A DNA stretch of 61,213 nucleotides, filler included, from Porpidia crustulata (taxonomy: Eukaryota): the NCBI GenBank assembly GCA_964255105.1. It is 6 parts of 6 records of this genome, joined end to end, with 100 filler letters (N's around TTAATTAATTAA, not from the genome) between each part and the next. Parts side by side here need not be neighbours in the genome. Positions count along the whole stretch, not along the records: positions 20,477 to 30,589 come from CAXUWE010000826.1; positions 30,690 to 40,801 come from CAXUWE010000827.1; 4 more parts are not named here. The stretch is one strand, 5' to 3'. Positions 26,201 to 38,200 of the stretch are shown here, piece by piece. The notes under the pieces are model-generated. The model worked only from the letters and a program-made list of their open reading frames with translations. It was not told the DNA's origin and made no database searches. The number at the start of each line of letters is the position of its first letter. Position 1 is the first letter of the stretch. The position numbers and the translations under genes are program-made.

Positions 26201-27821
26201 TCGAGACCGAAAGGTAGGAGGCGTGTTTGAAACGTATTTGGCCATACAACTACCCTTCCCTCCCTTAGAATGATAAAGCCCATTGTCTGGATTGCTGGGT
26301 CGCCATGCTTGACGCCGTAGATTTCAGGCAGATATGGAGGCGTACGGACCGCCCCTCTTGCAGCTATGGCTTCTTCTGTATTAACTGAGCAGCGGAAAGG
26401 GAGCTGAGGGGGAGATTGTGAGCGAAGGTTAGATATAGAGTATATGTAGCTTGCGGAGGCACAGATGCGCTCGTTCTACGAAGATGCATCAGCTTACGTT
26501 AGACCTGATATCGGCAGTCAGACAAAGAGAAGGGGAGTACCGTTTGGTCTTGGACATGCCACTCCTCGCCTTCGTATATAGGATGCTCGGGACAAAGGTT
26601 TATATCTCGAAGGTGGAGGACCATCTGCAGGCCAGTATTCCAGAATTCTTTCTTCAAATCAACAAACATGAAATTTTGGTACTGGCCATTGTGATTGAGT
26701 AAGCTTTCATCAGCTTGCTGCTCAGGAGGTCGAAAGTTGTCTGGGTCCCGCTGAATGAATGGATCACGCGCAAAGTCTACGAGATGTATTCGTTGATTTA
26801 AGTATCCTGGTGCTTTGAGATCAATAATTGTACGATTGAATAGTGGAACGAACGCGTCAATGAGACTTTCAGTGACGCTATACATAGTGGAGTGATGCAT
26901 TGGGTGGACATTATTGATGTAGCTTTTGACCCTATATTGGAAATGCATGTCAAAAGAAGTCAAATACAAAAGACCAAGGCTTGATCTTACCTAGAACGAC
27001 TGAGCCCGCCATGGTCAAAGACCACATCAAATGGAAGCCATTGGAAGCGTCTCGAGTACGCCATATCGTTGCGGTATCTCCCATGATCTGGTTCCTCGCA
27101 GTCATCTTCCGGAGGCATTTTGGCAGCCTCTCCCTCGCCGCACCTTGCCACGCAGTCTATCGGTGGTATTGATCCTTTCCGTAAAAGTCGTGTTTTCTCC
27201 CAAGCTAATGGGAATAGACATGGATCCACAACGTTTACCTCACATTCATAACCTCTTCCGTGGGTTCGGAGAACGGCTGTAGCTTCTTTGAATCCCATTT
27301 TGGTGGCAGCATCAACACAGGTATCAGATTTGATGACCCCACCATCGAGTACTGGAGTCACAGCAGTCTAATGTAGTCATGGAAATAATGCTGAACCTCT
27401 TCTACGCACTTTGATTTATCAGACATGTATTCGTAGAGACATAACTGAACCTACCTAACCGGCCATTGAGCGGGTAACGTCGTAGCCTGTCATGACCTTT
27501 GACCTTTTCCACTCAAATGTAAAGCCAGGATCGAAGACTTTCTGTAGCCAGTTGGGCAAATCTGTCAACTCGTTGATCCATGCTAGCATTGTGAGTTCGC
27601 GAACGGTATAACAATATGCATTATCATCTTGTAAGAGACATTCCAAATGTCAAGGGATGCAGCAGGACCCACGGATCTAAACTGTTGTCTAGAGCAGAAC
27701 GCAATAGCATATCTTCGTTGCCAATGGGATGAGGTTTGTTCTCCAGGTTTTTTACTCGTGGCCATTGCAGCGGAAGACCGAAACCAGGAACTCCCCAACC
27801 TCTCTGCCTGCGAGAAGCCAT
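26200..27821 (-). pseudogene. DUF4246-family gene, frameshifted and 3'-truncated
   Basis: VPGFGLPL, RELTMLAWINELTDLPNWLQKVFD, VVDPCLFPL, YSRRFQWLPFDV, SYINNVHP, GLQMVLHLRDINLCPEHPIYEGEEWHV, NERICASA, REGRVVVWPNTFQ. Frame breaks near 27365 and about 26410. Confidence 0.8.
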
Positions 27822-29091
27822 ACTTGATGATGCTGACGTCAAATTGGAAGACTTGTAACGTGAACTGGCGTTCAAATCAGGTGAGACATGAGCACTGCCT
27901 GCGCAGTGACCTCTCAGGTATGTGGGAAATAATCGCTCGCAGACGCGTGCCCTCCACTAGGAACCGTCCACACGGAACCCCTACAAGGCTGAAATAATTG
28001 TATCATGGAGGCTATTTGTACAACACCCACCCTGCTACATCAATGCCGCAGTGGCTGTAGTGGGCTGTGCTCAAGAGAAAAGAATTTCGCCTACTCTAAA
28101 TAAACCGTTGCTTTTCTTTTTGTCCGCATCTTCAAATACAGGATTTTACATCTAGTCGGCAACATTTACTTCATGGCCAATGTGCATACCGTCTGGTAAT
28201 CCAACAGGCTTACGCCTTTACCGCCATCAGACCATCAGTGGCAGCGAATCTACACGAGAGAGCCCCGAATTGCCCAAAAATAATTATAGCGGCACCAAAA
28301 GAACGCGAGGCTTCGTTCCATTCATCCTCTGTACAACTTCAAGGCAATCTCTCTAAAACTCTGAGGCGGCTTCGCAACGCAATGACGAATAATTCATCAA
28401 GTCGTACATGTAGTGTCGAGTTCCGACCCTCAGGGCTCAGTCTTACTTATGCTCCAGCAGAGACAGAGCTCTGGGAGCCAGCGCTGCATCTCTGTACTTG
28501 TATACACAATAGGCTACGAATCTCAGCTTGTCATGTATATAAAATACCAAGGTGTACCTCGGAAACATAGTTCTTCTATTCATCTTGTCAGTCTCTTTAC
28601 GATTGGGAAGCAGGGTTGTGAGGTGTCGAGATGGTACTGCTGAGTTTCATGTGACTGTTCGGTTGTTGTTATTCGTCTCGATTTATTCTCATCCATGATC
28701 TCAGGCCTAATTTTACTAACATCGCTATGCGTTGATTGATATCTTCTTTCTTGGACAGGGAGTTGCCTGATATATCTGAATCTCCTACAGTTGCGATATC
28801 TGATTTGTGAGCGGATCGTCTCCTATTCTCTTGTACTCTTGGTATGTTTCGTGTGCACATGTCTCGCCCCGAATAGAACAATATCACCTGAAGACTGTAG
28901 TCACGCAACAGAGTCGTCGCAGGTGAGGGCTATGTGATCTGAAATGGCTTCGGATATTCATGGACATGACTGCCTTGCCAGCGTTATAAGAAGATTCGAT
29001 AGCCCTAAGGTCCATCAGTCAGAGCCGTATGTTTATTATCTAGACCACGCCGGAGAAGTTCAAATTCAATAACGCTCAACTACCTGTCAAG

Positions 29092-30206
29092 ATGTTTTTC
29101 TCCAAGCGTTCCATATTCGTCATTGCTCCAGTCTGTACTGTTCTTTCCCCTTTATTGGTAGCAGGTATGCCAAAGGAGACTGGCCTACCATACCGCTCTC
29201 TTTTAGAAATACGCGAGGGACATGACATCGGTCCTTACGACGGGCCAGCACCCAATGTCCCAAATGGTGATCCTGAGCCCTACGCCGACACAGATTATAT
29301 CCGGGATGGTAAGCTTGCCCCAAACCTTCGATACATCTATGACTACTAACGAAACTGTCAGCTGTTTCCTATAGAGACAATTACTTCAAGAATAACGGTG
29401 TACTGACCTCTATGAAGGTGGGAGCCAAACCCACCGATGCCACAACGACCCGGATCAAAGATCCCAAAGCCCGCCGATTCCAGCCAAGGCTCTCAGTTTA
29501 AAGTTGATCATCTCCTCGAAATGCAAAACATCCACGGATCTTTCAAGCATTAAGCCAGACTATAAGCGTTCCCTCGCGGAATTCGTAACATCACCCATCA
29601 AGAACGACTCTCGCGCTAATTCAAGCCTAGCGACAAAATTCCCAAGGTGGATTGGGATGCCGTGAAAAAGGCACTCTTCTCAAAGCCGTCCAGCGGAGAT
29701 TCTCCGTGGGTACCCATCTTCCGTTAGCGTAAACCGAAACACATTTGCTGAACGCAGCCACACGCAGCCTGAAATCCATCGCCAGCAAAATCAGCGGCCC
29801 GCCCAACCTGGAAGCCATCCCCGCCGCCATTAACAACTTCGAAGGCCAAGTCTTCGAAGGCGTCATCAACAACGGCAAGAACGGCCCGACCAACAAACGC
29901 TACCCGACCGAATTCGGCCCCACCGCCAACAAACTCCTCGCGGACCGCAAACCCTCGTACGACGAGGTCATCGGCAACCTGGCCGACGCGATGAAGGCCG
30001 CCGGCAACAGCAATGCCGACATTAGTTCCTTCTTCGCCAGCTACGCCAGCTCCGTCTACACCTCCGCCACCAGTTTCCTCAGCTCGTGGACCGGTAAGAC
30101 GGGCGTGTACGCCACGGCTACTTCGTCGGCGACGGCCTCGAAGGCTAAATCGATTGCGTCTGCCAAATCTATTGCATCTACCAAATCCACTAGCTCGAAG
30201 GCGTAG
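29092..30206 (+). pseudogene. Secreted protein with DHxxE...NL...N motifs and a Ser/Thr/Ala tail; apparently frameshifted
   Basis: Signal peptide MFFSKRSIFVIAPVCTVLSPLLVAG; intron about 29308-29361. VDHLLEMQ (29503-29526) is out of frame with the upstream exon. Last exon contains NLEAIPAAINNFEGQVF. Confidence 0.55.
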
Positions 30207-30589
30207 AAACTGGAAACGGGGATGGGTGCGCGTCAGGATCGCCGGATTGCTGTGCAAAAGAGGATCTGGCGGGTCAGAATGGGTCGGGGCCATTGTACGG
30301 GATTTGAAAGAGGACGAGTTGAGTACTAGGTGGTGGTGTTGGTTGTATCTGATATACTCAGATCTCAACATTATTAGGTCCAAAAGTTTGAGATTGAATT
30401 ACTTACATACCCTTACTTATCAACTTACCCCTTTAACACCATCAATCCCACGCCTTGAAAACTCACATGAAAACGGAGCATCTGCAACTCCTTAACTTGC
30501 CTTCTCCCTTCCTCCTCCACCATTCTCCTTCTCCCTTCACTTCCTTCATTTCCCTTTCTCCTCTCTTCTTTTCCCTTCTTCATTCTTTC

Positions 30590-30689
30590 NNNNNNNNNNN
30601 NNNNNNNNNNNNNNNNNNNNNNNNNNNNNNNNNTTAATTAATTAANNNNNNNNNNNNNNNNNNNNNNNNNNNNNNNNNNNNNNNNNNNN
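30590..30689. other. Artificial contig linker
   Basis: N44-TTAATTAATTAA-N44. Confidence 0.99.
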
Positions 30690-30860
30690 CGAGAATGCAG
30701 GTACATAGTACCTAATCCAATTAATGGGTCTAACCCATCACATATTATAAGATTCTTCCGCACGGGATTAGTTTCTTCATCTTTGCACCTTCTTTCCACT
30801 GTTTACGACGGCTGAAAGCTCAATCTCGAATACAAGATGAGATACGATATCTTTCTACCT

Positions 30861-32276
30861 TCAGGGCTGTTCCCTACCGATAAGTGACACCTCATTTAGG
30901 CTATACCTAGGCAGATAGTGCTTCAGCGTTCTAGGAGAAACATGTTGCCATGGTGGTCCCGTACCCTCGCACCAAAAAGCCATACTGTTATATCCGTTGG
31001 ATATAGACATGCAGAACAATTTATCAAGTATTTTCTCGTCAGTACCATCGTAGAAAATCGGAGACCCTTTGCAATAAGACCACGTAAAAAATGCAACATT
31101 TGCTCTAGTGAAATTGAAGCATCTTGGGACTTGGAAGATTTCAAGAGGAGAGGATAGTTCTGAGTAGCAGCTGTCTGTAGCTAGTACTTCGAACTTTGGG
31201 TTGATGTACAGATCGTCTCGGGGACACATTTCTACCATGCCGACTAGGACCAGGCCTTTCTAGAAAGATACCCATGGTTTCGGAAGGAGCGGTACAGACT
31301 GCAGCTTCGGCGTTGGTTTGAGTAGTGTCATCTCCTTCCCCATTGTGGCCTCAACGATAACGTCTTCACTGGCAGGTCCATCACAGTAAAAGGCTATGCT
31401 TTCAAATTGCCGTGTCGTATAATTCAGGAATTGGCATGCATCCCAAGCCAAATCCCCGTCCTTGATATCGTTTATATCATGCAGGTCCTTGCAGTCATTG
31501 TCCCAGTATCGAGCCATTCGAGCTCGGGAATCATCGACGCATGTACCCGCTTTATAAAATCTGAGCCTCTTACCCCCACCTGTACTCTGGCAGGTATCGA
31601 TAGGAAGGCTGTATATCTTCCAAGAATCCAATGGCCTATTATCGCACCCTTCATATACAAGTCTAATCAAACCATCTGTGAGTCTGGGTGGCCCGTGCTC
31701 ACATGAGGCAAGAGGGTCCCGAGGCTTCAGTGGATCCTGAAGCTTTCCGCCATTTGTATATACCCTTCTAAAGGGATCCGCAACTTTGTCAAACGGCTCC
31801 GGATGATAATGGAAGATTAACGACCAGTACTGTGGGCTTGGGCGCGAGGGACAGGGAAAGGGAAAATCTATCGACCATCCAGGGCTTAGCCCCATATCAG
31901 ACGAAGGTTGGACCATTGAGGGACCTGTACACTTTTCGTCCGAATATGTGACGAGCATAGCAGGCCGGTTTTTTCCATCACAACCAACACATCTTGGCAT
32001 TTCCAAAAGTGTCAAGTAACCGCGTGGATCGTGGCCTGAAAGACAGACCTCGGGAGCCAGTGTGAAGTTGCTCGAGAGGTATTTACCGCTAAAGGGCGGG
32101 CAGGTGCTTTCAACGAGCAAGATTGTGGCATTTTGTTCTACTTTTATCTCATCGTCATTTGCAAGATTCCATCGATTTTCTAGCTCGTGGGAGGCAACGA
32201 GGCTGTGGTGTAAAAGAAGGACTAGGACGAGGACAATCAAACTTTGCAGCCAGCGGCTTTGCCAAATCAACGGCAT
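30861..32276 (-). CDS. Secreted Cys-rich protein with three tandem domains, interrupted by one in-frame TAG
   Basis: Signal peptide. Repeats LAPEVCLS/LPIDTCQS/LATDSCYS ... WSLIFHY/ESIAFYC/NSMAFWC. KPWVSF*KGLVLVGMVEMC reads in one frame across 31260-31262. Confidence 0.65.
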
Positions 32277-33444
32277 AAATACCTACTAAGACATGATTGA
32301 TGGACCAAGGCGCTTCTAGTTTAATGCTTCTTAGAACGAATTGAAAAGAAAAGGTGAGGAGGTGAATTAAATAGGTACCTTACGTGTCTTAGGTCTAGCG
32401 TGCTCGTATCTACGGTAAGTACACTTACCTACCTTACCGAGGGGACCCGCGTGGCGTCACCGGGTCGGGCCGGTAGCAACCTCGGTAGTAGTGTACTGGA
32501 GGCTTGTGCCGGCAAAGCGGAAACTCTAGCCGAAATCGAGGTTGAGAGAACAAGCTTTCTACAGCGCATTTCTTCTCCTTCCGCAAGAGAAAGAAATCAC
32601 ATGTATTGAGCTATTCTTGAGGTACATCCATCGTAGTTTGTGCAGGTCTTATTGAAATGACGTCGTCGTGCACAGCTTATGCAGAACTACCTTCCGCATC
32701 AGGCACTGCCTGTGCCGCATTAATACTTCGCTTCGAATTCGCCGAACGTTGCCCAGGGAATTACCTAAGATGCAACACGCCGGAGAGAATTTGGCATCTC
32801 TGTCCATTCCAATTATGGTGAAAATCACGATTTATTATCGAAGGTGTACAGAACTTCGATTGTGAATGCTAGGACCTTGAATGGCTTCTTCCAGCTAGAC
32901 ATGGCATCCAAAGTGAACGACTGAGCTTATATAGGAACAGGCAACGATCATCGACAAGCAAGCGAAGTGGGCTGCTTAATCTATAGACATATAAGATTCT
33001 GCTATCCATCTCTGATGACTCTGCACTATGCACCCTCTTGCCCCCAACGGTTTCAGCACATGGATCTGGTAAGGGTGCCTGCTGATAGGTCAGTATGGCA
33101 CATCACTCCCCGTTCCGACCTTTTTCTTGTCTTTCCATCGTCTTCGAAGCGTTGCAGTGCATACAAAGACAAAAGCTTCCTGCATCCCCCACAAGGAACG
33201 GCCCTCGCGCTCGCAACCAGACCATGGGATCTGACTACTGGAGGGAGGTCTGTAGGTACCCTTGAATCTACCACCTCCTTCTCTAATTGATCCTCTTATC
33301 AGGATAGTCATAATTTCATGGGCTGGTCAATGCCTGAAGTGGTTACATATGTAGAGCATATCTACTTCGACGCTTTCCTTTCTCAGGTGTAGGGCCTCAT
33401 TCTTTCTTCGCCAGTTTTGCTGTTCCTTTCTACCTTCGTTCATC

Positions 33445-34789
33445 ATGCCTTTCACAGATAGACAGAAGACTGCCCTGGAGGTAACAGAGAGAGTATCTTC
33501 GGTACTGTCCTTATTCGGTTCATGTTTCGTCTTCGCGACCTTTCTATCCTCGAAGACGTTTCGGAAACCTTTCAACCGACTGATCGTCTATGCCTCGATG
33601 GGAAACACCGCCATGAATATTGCTACTCTCACCTCACTGAGCGGTGTACGAGCAGGTCAGGGTTCGTCGCTCTGTCAATTCCAAGGATTCCTGGTTCAAA
33701 TGTTCGTACTGCATGTAGTCGCCTTTGGATACTCCTACTAAGATGTTCTTATGTCAAGGTTTCTTCCAGCCGACGCCTTCTGGAATCTCGTCATAGCCTG
33801 GAGCCTCTACCTTACCCTTTACCGTAATTACAACGCCGACCAACTCCACGCGCTCGATTGGAAATTCTTTACCCTCGTCTATGGTACCACCTTTGTCCCC
33901 GCCTTTGTCTACTGCTTCGTTGAGACTTCCGCCCGCGGCAAAGTCTACGGACCAGCCGGGCTCTGGTGCTGGATTTCTTTTGAGTGGGACTTTATTCGCC
34001 TTGTTACCTGCTACGGTCCGGCATGGTCAGTCTTCTTCTCCCATGTTCGTTTTTCCCCGTTGCCTTTCCCTTCTAAAATCCCTTCTCCCCGTCTCAGGTT
34101 CTGCATCGCCGCCAGCTTCATCATCTACATCCTTGTTGGGCGACGCATCCTCGCCAAGCGCTCCGAGCTTCACTTCTTCAACCGCCTCCCCTCGCAACCC
34201 AAGCCCCACCTCGAGCACCCTGCCAACAGCTTCAAGGTCGTTGACGTGCACATCTCCTACCAGCGCAACGCCTCCCTTGAGGGAGGCTCCTTAAACTTTG
34301 ATTCCCCCGGCTCCGGCTCCGCCACCACCGCCGCCGAAGATCGAGAAGCGAAGCGCGTGGCGGGCGTCCTGGGCTACGAACCGTACAGCGTAAAGATCGA
34401 GGGCCAGCGACCCAACGACTCGTCAAATCCAATATTGGGAATGGGCCCAAACAGGCAGCCGCTGGCGAGGAGCAATACAGTGAATCCAGGTATTGCGGCG
34501 CGGGCGTATATTCGGTGTGCTTTGTTGTTCTTTGTGACGTTGTTGATTACCTGGGTGAGTTTCGGGCCTTTTGGGCTTGCACTTACGCAATGCTGACATC
34601 TTTTGAAAGGTCCCCTCCTCCATCAATAGAGTCTACACCCTCATCAACCGCGACCCGGAGAACTTTGGCTTCAATTACTGCGCGGCGCTCGTACTGCCGC
34701 TGATGGGGTTCTGGAACTGTGTGATATATATCACGATCAGTTGGACCGCGAGTAAGGTTTTCTGTAGCCATATACTGTTCTTTAATTAG
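33445..34789 (+). CDS. cAMP-receptor-like (CRL) G-protein-coupled receptor
   Basis: ERVSSVLSLFG..FRKPFNRLIVYAS..CQFQGFLVQMFLPADAFW..VYGPAGLWCWI..YGPAW..AYIRCALLFFVTLLITWVPSSINRVY..LPLMGFWNCVIYI; three introns. Confidence 0.92.
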
Positions 34790-35675
34790 TGTAGAATATG
34801 CGGTTTGAGGGAGTTTGGGGATCGAGGGAATCTGGGGGATGGGAGGTGTCAAGGGCAACGTGTAGATTATGTATTGACGCAGTAGATGTACATGTTGTAC
34901 TCTGGGATGAATGGATATACATAGCATGCTTTCCGGACGCCGAACGCAAATACAGTGTGCGTGGTCCTTTACTGTGAAGCAGCGAGAGTCCAGCGTAGTC
35001 TACTGGCCGCCAACTGAATGTCGTTGAAAACGCCGGAATCGGTTCAACTGATCGAGAAATACACAACCACCGACCTAGAGCTTCCAGGACATAATCAAAA
35101 CCCCCCTAACATAGACAAGACATCTCAGTCCCTCCTCCAACCTCCCATTTCCGCCGTGCTTCTTTCTCCACTCCCACCATACACCTTGTCGCGACCTTTC
35201 GGCATCAACCCTCACATCAACACCCTCGCTATTTCTCTCAACCCTTTTCAAAGCCCTCTCTCTCTCTGTCGCGGCCCTCTCAAAACCTGGGGCGAGTGGC
35301 GAAAATCGAAGCGCCCTTTGTCATGCTGCAAGTCGCCTCGGAGATGCAGGCGCGAAGTTGGGGGATTTGAGATGAAGAAGATGGAGGGTTAGGTTTGTTG
35401 GGTGGAAATTTTCGATGCGATGGTCGACGCCACACGGGAATGAGATCCGGACGAGGGGAGTGGCCCCCGCTCAGGCCCCGGGCCGGCCCTAGAACTCTAT
35501 CTGTTAGTGCTGTTTCCTTGGCTGAGTAGCGAGCCTCTGATCGGTTGATGATATCGACCGTATGATCTCCCTACAACGAACAGTCAATAAATGACTGATA
35601 GCTTGATCGTTGTATTAAAAGCAAATGATGTGAATCCGTTTTGGCTGTACTTTCCCCATCTGGCCTAAAAACTAT

Positions 35676-36794
35676 CTAGTACAAAATATCTGTCGTCTCA
35701 CGATGAAATTGCCGTGCCGTGATGTTCGGATAAATGGCTGGCCTGACGAAGTGACCGAGAGGTCCCACCGAGGCTTCTCTATGGGCTTTGAAGAAAAACA
35801 CAGATGAGTAACGCTCTGGAATATATCCCGAGAACACCTAGACCATGCTCGAAGGAACGTTGACCTGATGAACGCCCGCTGTAACCCTTCCGTTCGTCCA
35901 GCGATTAAAGGTGTCGCTCGTGGTTGACTACCATTTCACTGTCGTCTGACGGCACCACGAGCTGAAAGATGAGGGATTTGCTCCTATCATTGCACTCGAG
36001 CCCATCAAGGCCATTTTGAAACAAGAGTGTAATGATCCCAAAATCCGTGTGAGGCCAAGCGCGCTTGATGATGCCTATTCTGAGTCACTCTACAGAGACG
36101 GGCGGATAGTAGAGTATTCGCAGTTCCGATGCAGCAGGTATGCATCGTCCCACGAGTGCGTCATGTTGTAGGCCAAATTCGACCTCGCATGCCCGCATGA
36201 TCTGTAGTGACACATTTTGCGTCATTTCAAAGTACTCCTCGATAAACTTTTTGAAGCCAGAGAGATGTTCCTCACTAGGGTATACGTTAGGAAATTCTTC
36301 GTCGTCAGAAGAACCGCAGTCGAAGTGCTCCTTACTTTATGTCAATCTTCACCTTTCTCGTTTGCGGTTTTCAACTTTCCGAGGTCTTAAATACCTTTTC
36401 ATCTAGTAGATCTCCCTTGTCCTTTGGTGCGCTCTCTGCGTTTTCTTTTCAGCGCTTAGAAGTCGTCTCGACCCCCTTTCTGTTCCAACCCCGTTGTGGA
36501 TCTGGACCGGGGTGGTGCAGAATCTTCATTTTCTTCTCTTCAGGCGTTTGAAAGAACAGTCACCCCTGCAGCATGGTTTCAATATCTGTTGTATTCACGT
36601 CTGGGAAACGGGAAAGAAATCCATACCCACTTCCATATCTCCTGGACGAATTCCTTGGAGACTCCATGGTTCTTAAGCCTGACGAAACCATGCTTCGAGA
36701 AGGAGTCGGCAAGTTGCATAACAGCTTGTTTCTGTTCGTCGGGTTTCTCATGAAGGAAGAGATCGAAGTCGATCAAAGAAAGTTCAAATATCAT
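35676..36794 (-). pseudogene. IPNS-like 2-oxoglutarate/Fe(II) dioxygenase pseudogene
   Basis: LIDFDLF..HGFVRLKNHGV, EHFDCG..FPNVYP, SELRILYYPP, WPHTDFGIITLLFQ, RWTNG..GVHQV, RYS. In-frame stops at 36449-36451, 36085-36087 and 35838-35840, plus frameshifts. Confidence 0.88.
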
Positions 36795-37453
36795 GATAGC
36801 TAATATATGTAGGGCGCGAAAGGCCAGCAATCAACCATCGAGAATGATTGCTTCGGTTTCTAGACGAAATATAGCTCAACACAGAGACACAGCGAATGTA
36901 GTCTTGAACAAGAAGATCAAGTGAGTGGTCACTCCTCTAACGCGAGGTTCATATTTACTAGTACCTTCAGACATGGTCGGTTTTAAGATGGCGACCAGGA
37001 GATATTTTAGTCAATCGTCGTTTAGACCTCGAGACTTACAACATACTCCTCAGGTTTCTGCACCTGATAGCTCATGCTGGAATACGGGCTGTAAGCTGAT
37101 CACCGCTTCAAAATACGAGCTGCACGCTGATCCCCACTCAGGGAGGAGTAATGGAAGGAGCATAATCCTAGATCCACAACAACCCAGTATCACGGAGGAC
37201 TTGAAGTTTTTGGCTGTATATTGACCCTTGAACTAGCAATCGTGTAGCGAAGATTTGCCTTCACTACGAACATAAATCCTAACATGACTCATAATTTGCA
37301 GAAAGGAGTTTCAGTTATTCATCGAATTTCTATTTCCTCTGCTTACTCATCTGCGAAAGCTTCAAGTTATTCCTGAATCAAAACAAAGGGGACGACGAGC
37401 TCACCGCCCATTCCCTCTTTATCCAGTTAAATAATCTACGAAGCAGGAAGACA

Positions 37454-38200
37454 TGAGTAGAACTACCATGGCAATACTACGCTGTGGAAACATGGGTACG
37501 GCCATCTTGGACGGTATTCTGTCAGCCCTGGAGCCGCAAAGTCATACTAAGCTTCTCTCTGCACATCTACAACCGTCAAAATTTATCGCATGCGTCAATC
37601 GATCAGAGTCAGTGGCCTTGCTAGAGCACCATTTCCGTGAGCACCTCTGCACAAGTATGAAAGCGGAATTTGGCTGCAAGAGCAAGAGCTGCAGCAATAG
37701 CGAAGCCTCAGCCGTGGTTCATGTCTGGCAGAACAACAACGCTCAGGCCGTCAGACTCGCAGACATCATTCTACTAGTCTGTCAACTCAGCCAGGTTGCA
37801 TGAATCTTCGCTGACCGCTTCTTGCGTCGTCATCTGTTAAACAAGCTATTTCTCAGTATCTGTATGGCCATTCCAGCGGCTCGAATCCAGGATATGATTT
37901 ATGGAGAACGGAACAAAAGACCCGGACCTTGGCATGCATGAGCCACGCGAGTGCCGCGAGTACGAAAGATGCTATATCATCCACGCGATGCCGAACACTG
38001 CATCCCGCCTCAGCGAGTCCGCGACTATACTTAGCACATCCACCGCTCCTACTGATAAAATCAACCCGTTAAAGGCTAAGGTAACGAGGCCGCTACCTCC
38101 TATGCTTGAGATGTTGGCTACGTGAGCCTTCTCGAGCATCGGCACAGTTACAAAGGTTCCTCCATCTCTAATGAACGCGGCTAGCGGGATGGGAGCTTCT
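37454..38200 (+). pseudogene. Pyrroline-5-carboxylate reductase paralog pseudogene
   Basis: MAILRCGNMGTAILDGIL (Rossmann G changed to R), PSKFIACV, ADIILLVC, AMPNTAS..ESAT, FSSIG. Stops at 37801 and 38123, a frameshift near 37900-37940, and a missing C-terminus. Confidence 0.85.

Noticed and set aside
32432..32440. U1 snRNA 5' end (ACTTACCT)
   Set aside because: No U1 stem-loops or Sm site follow.
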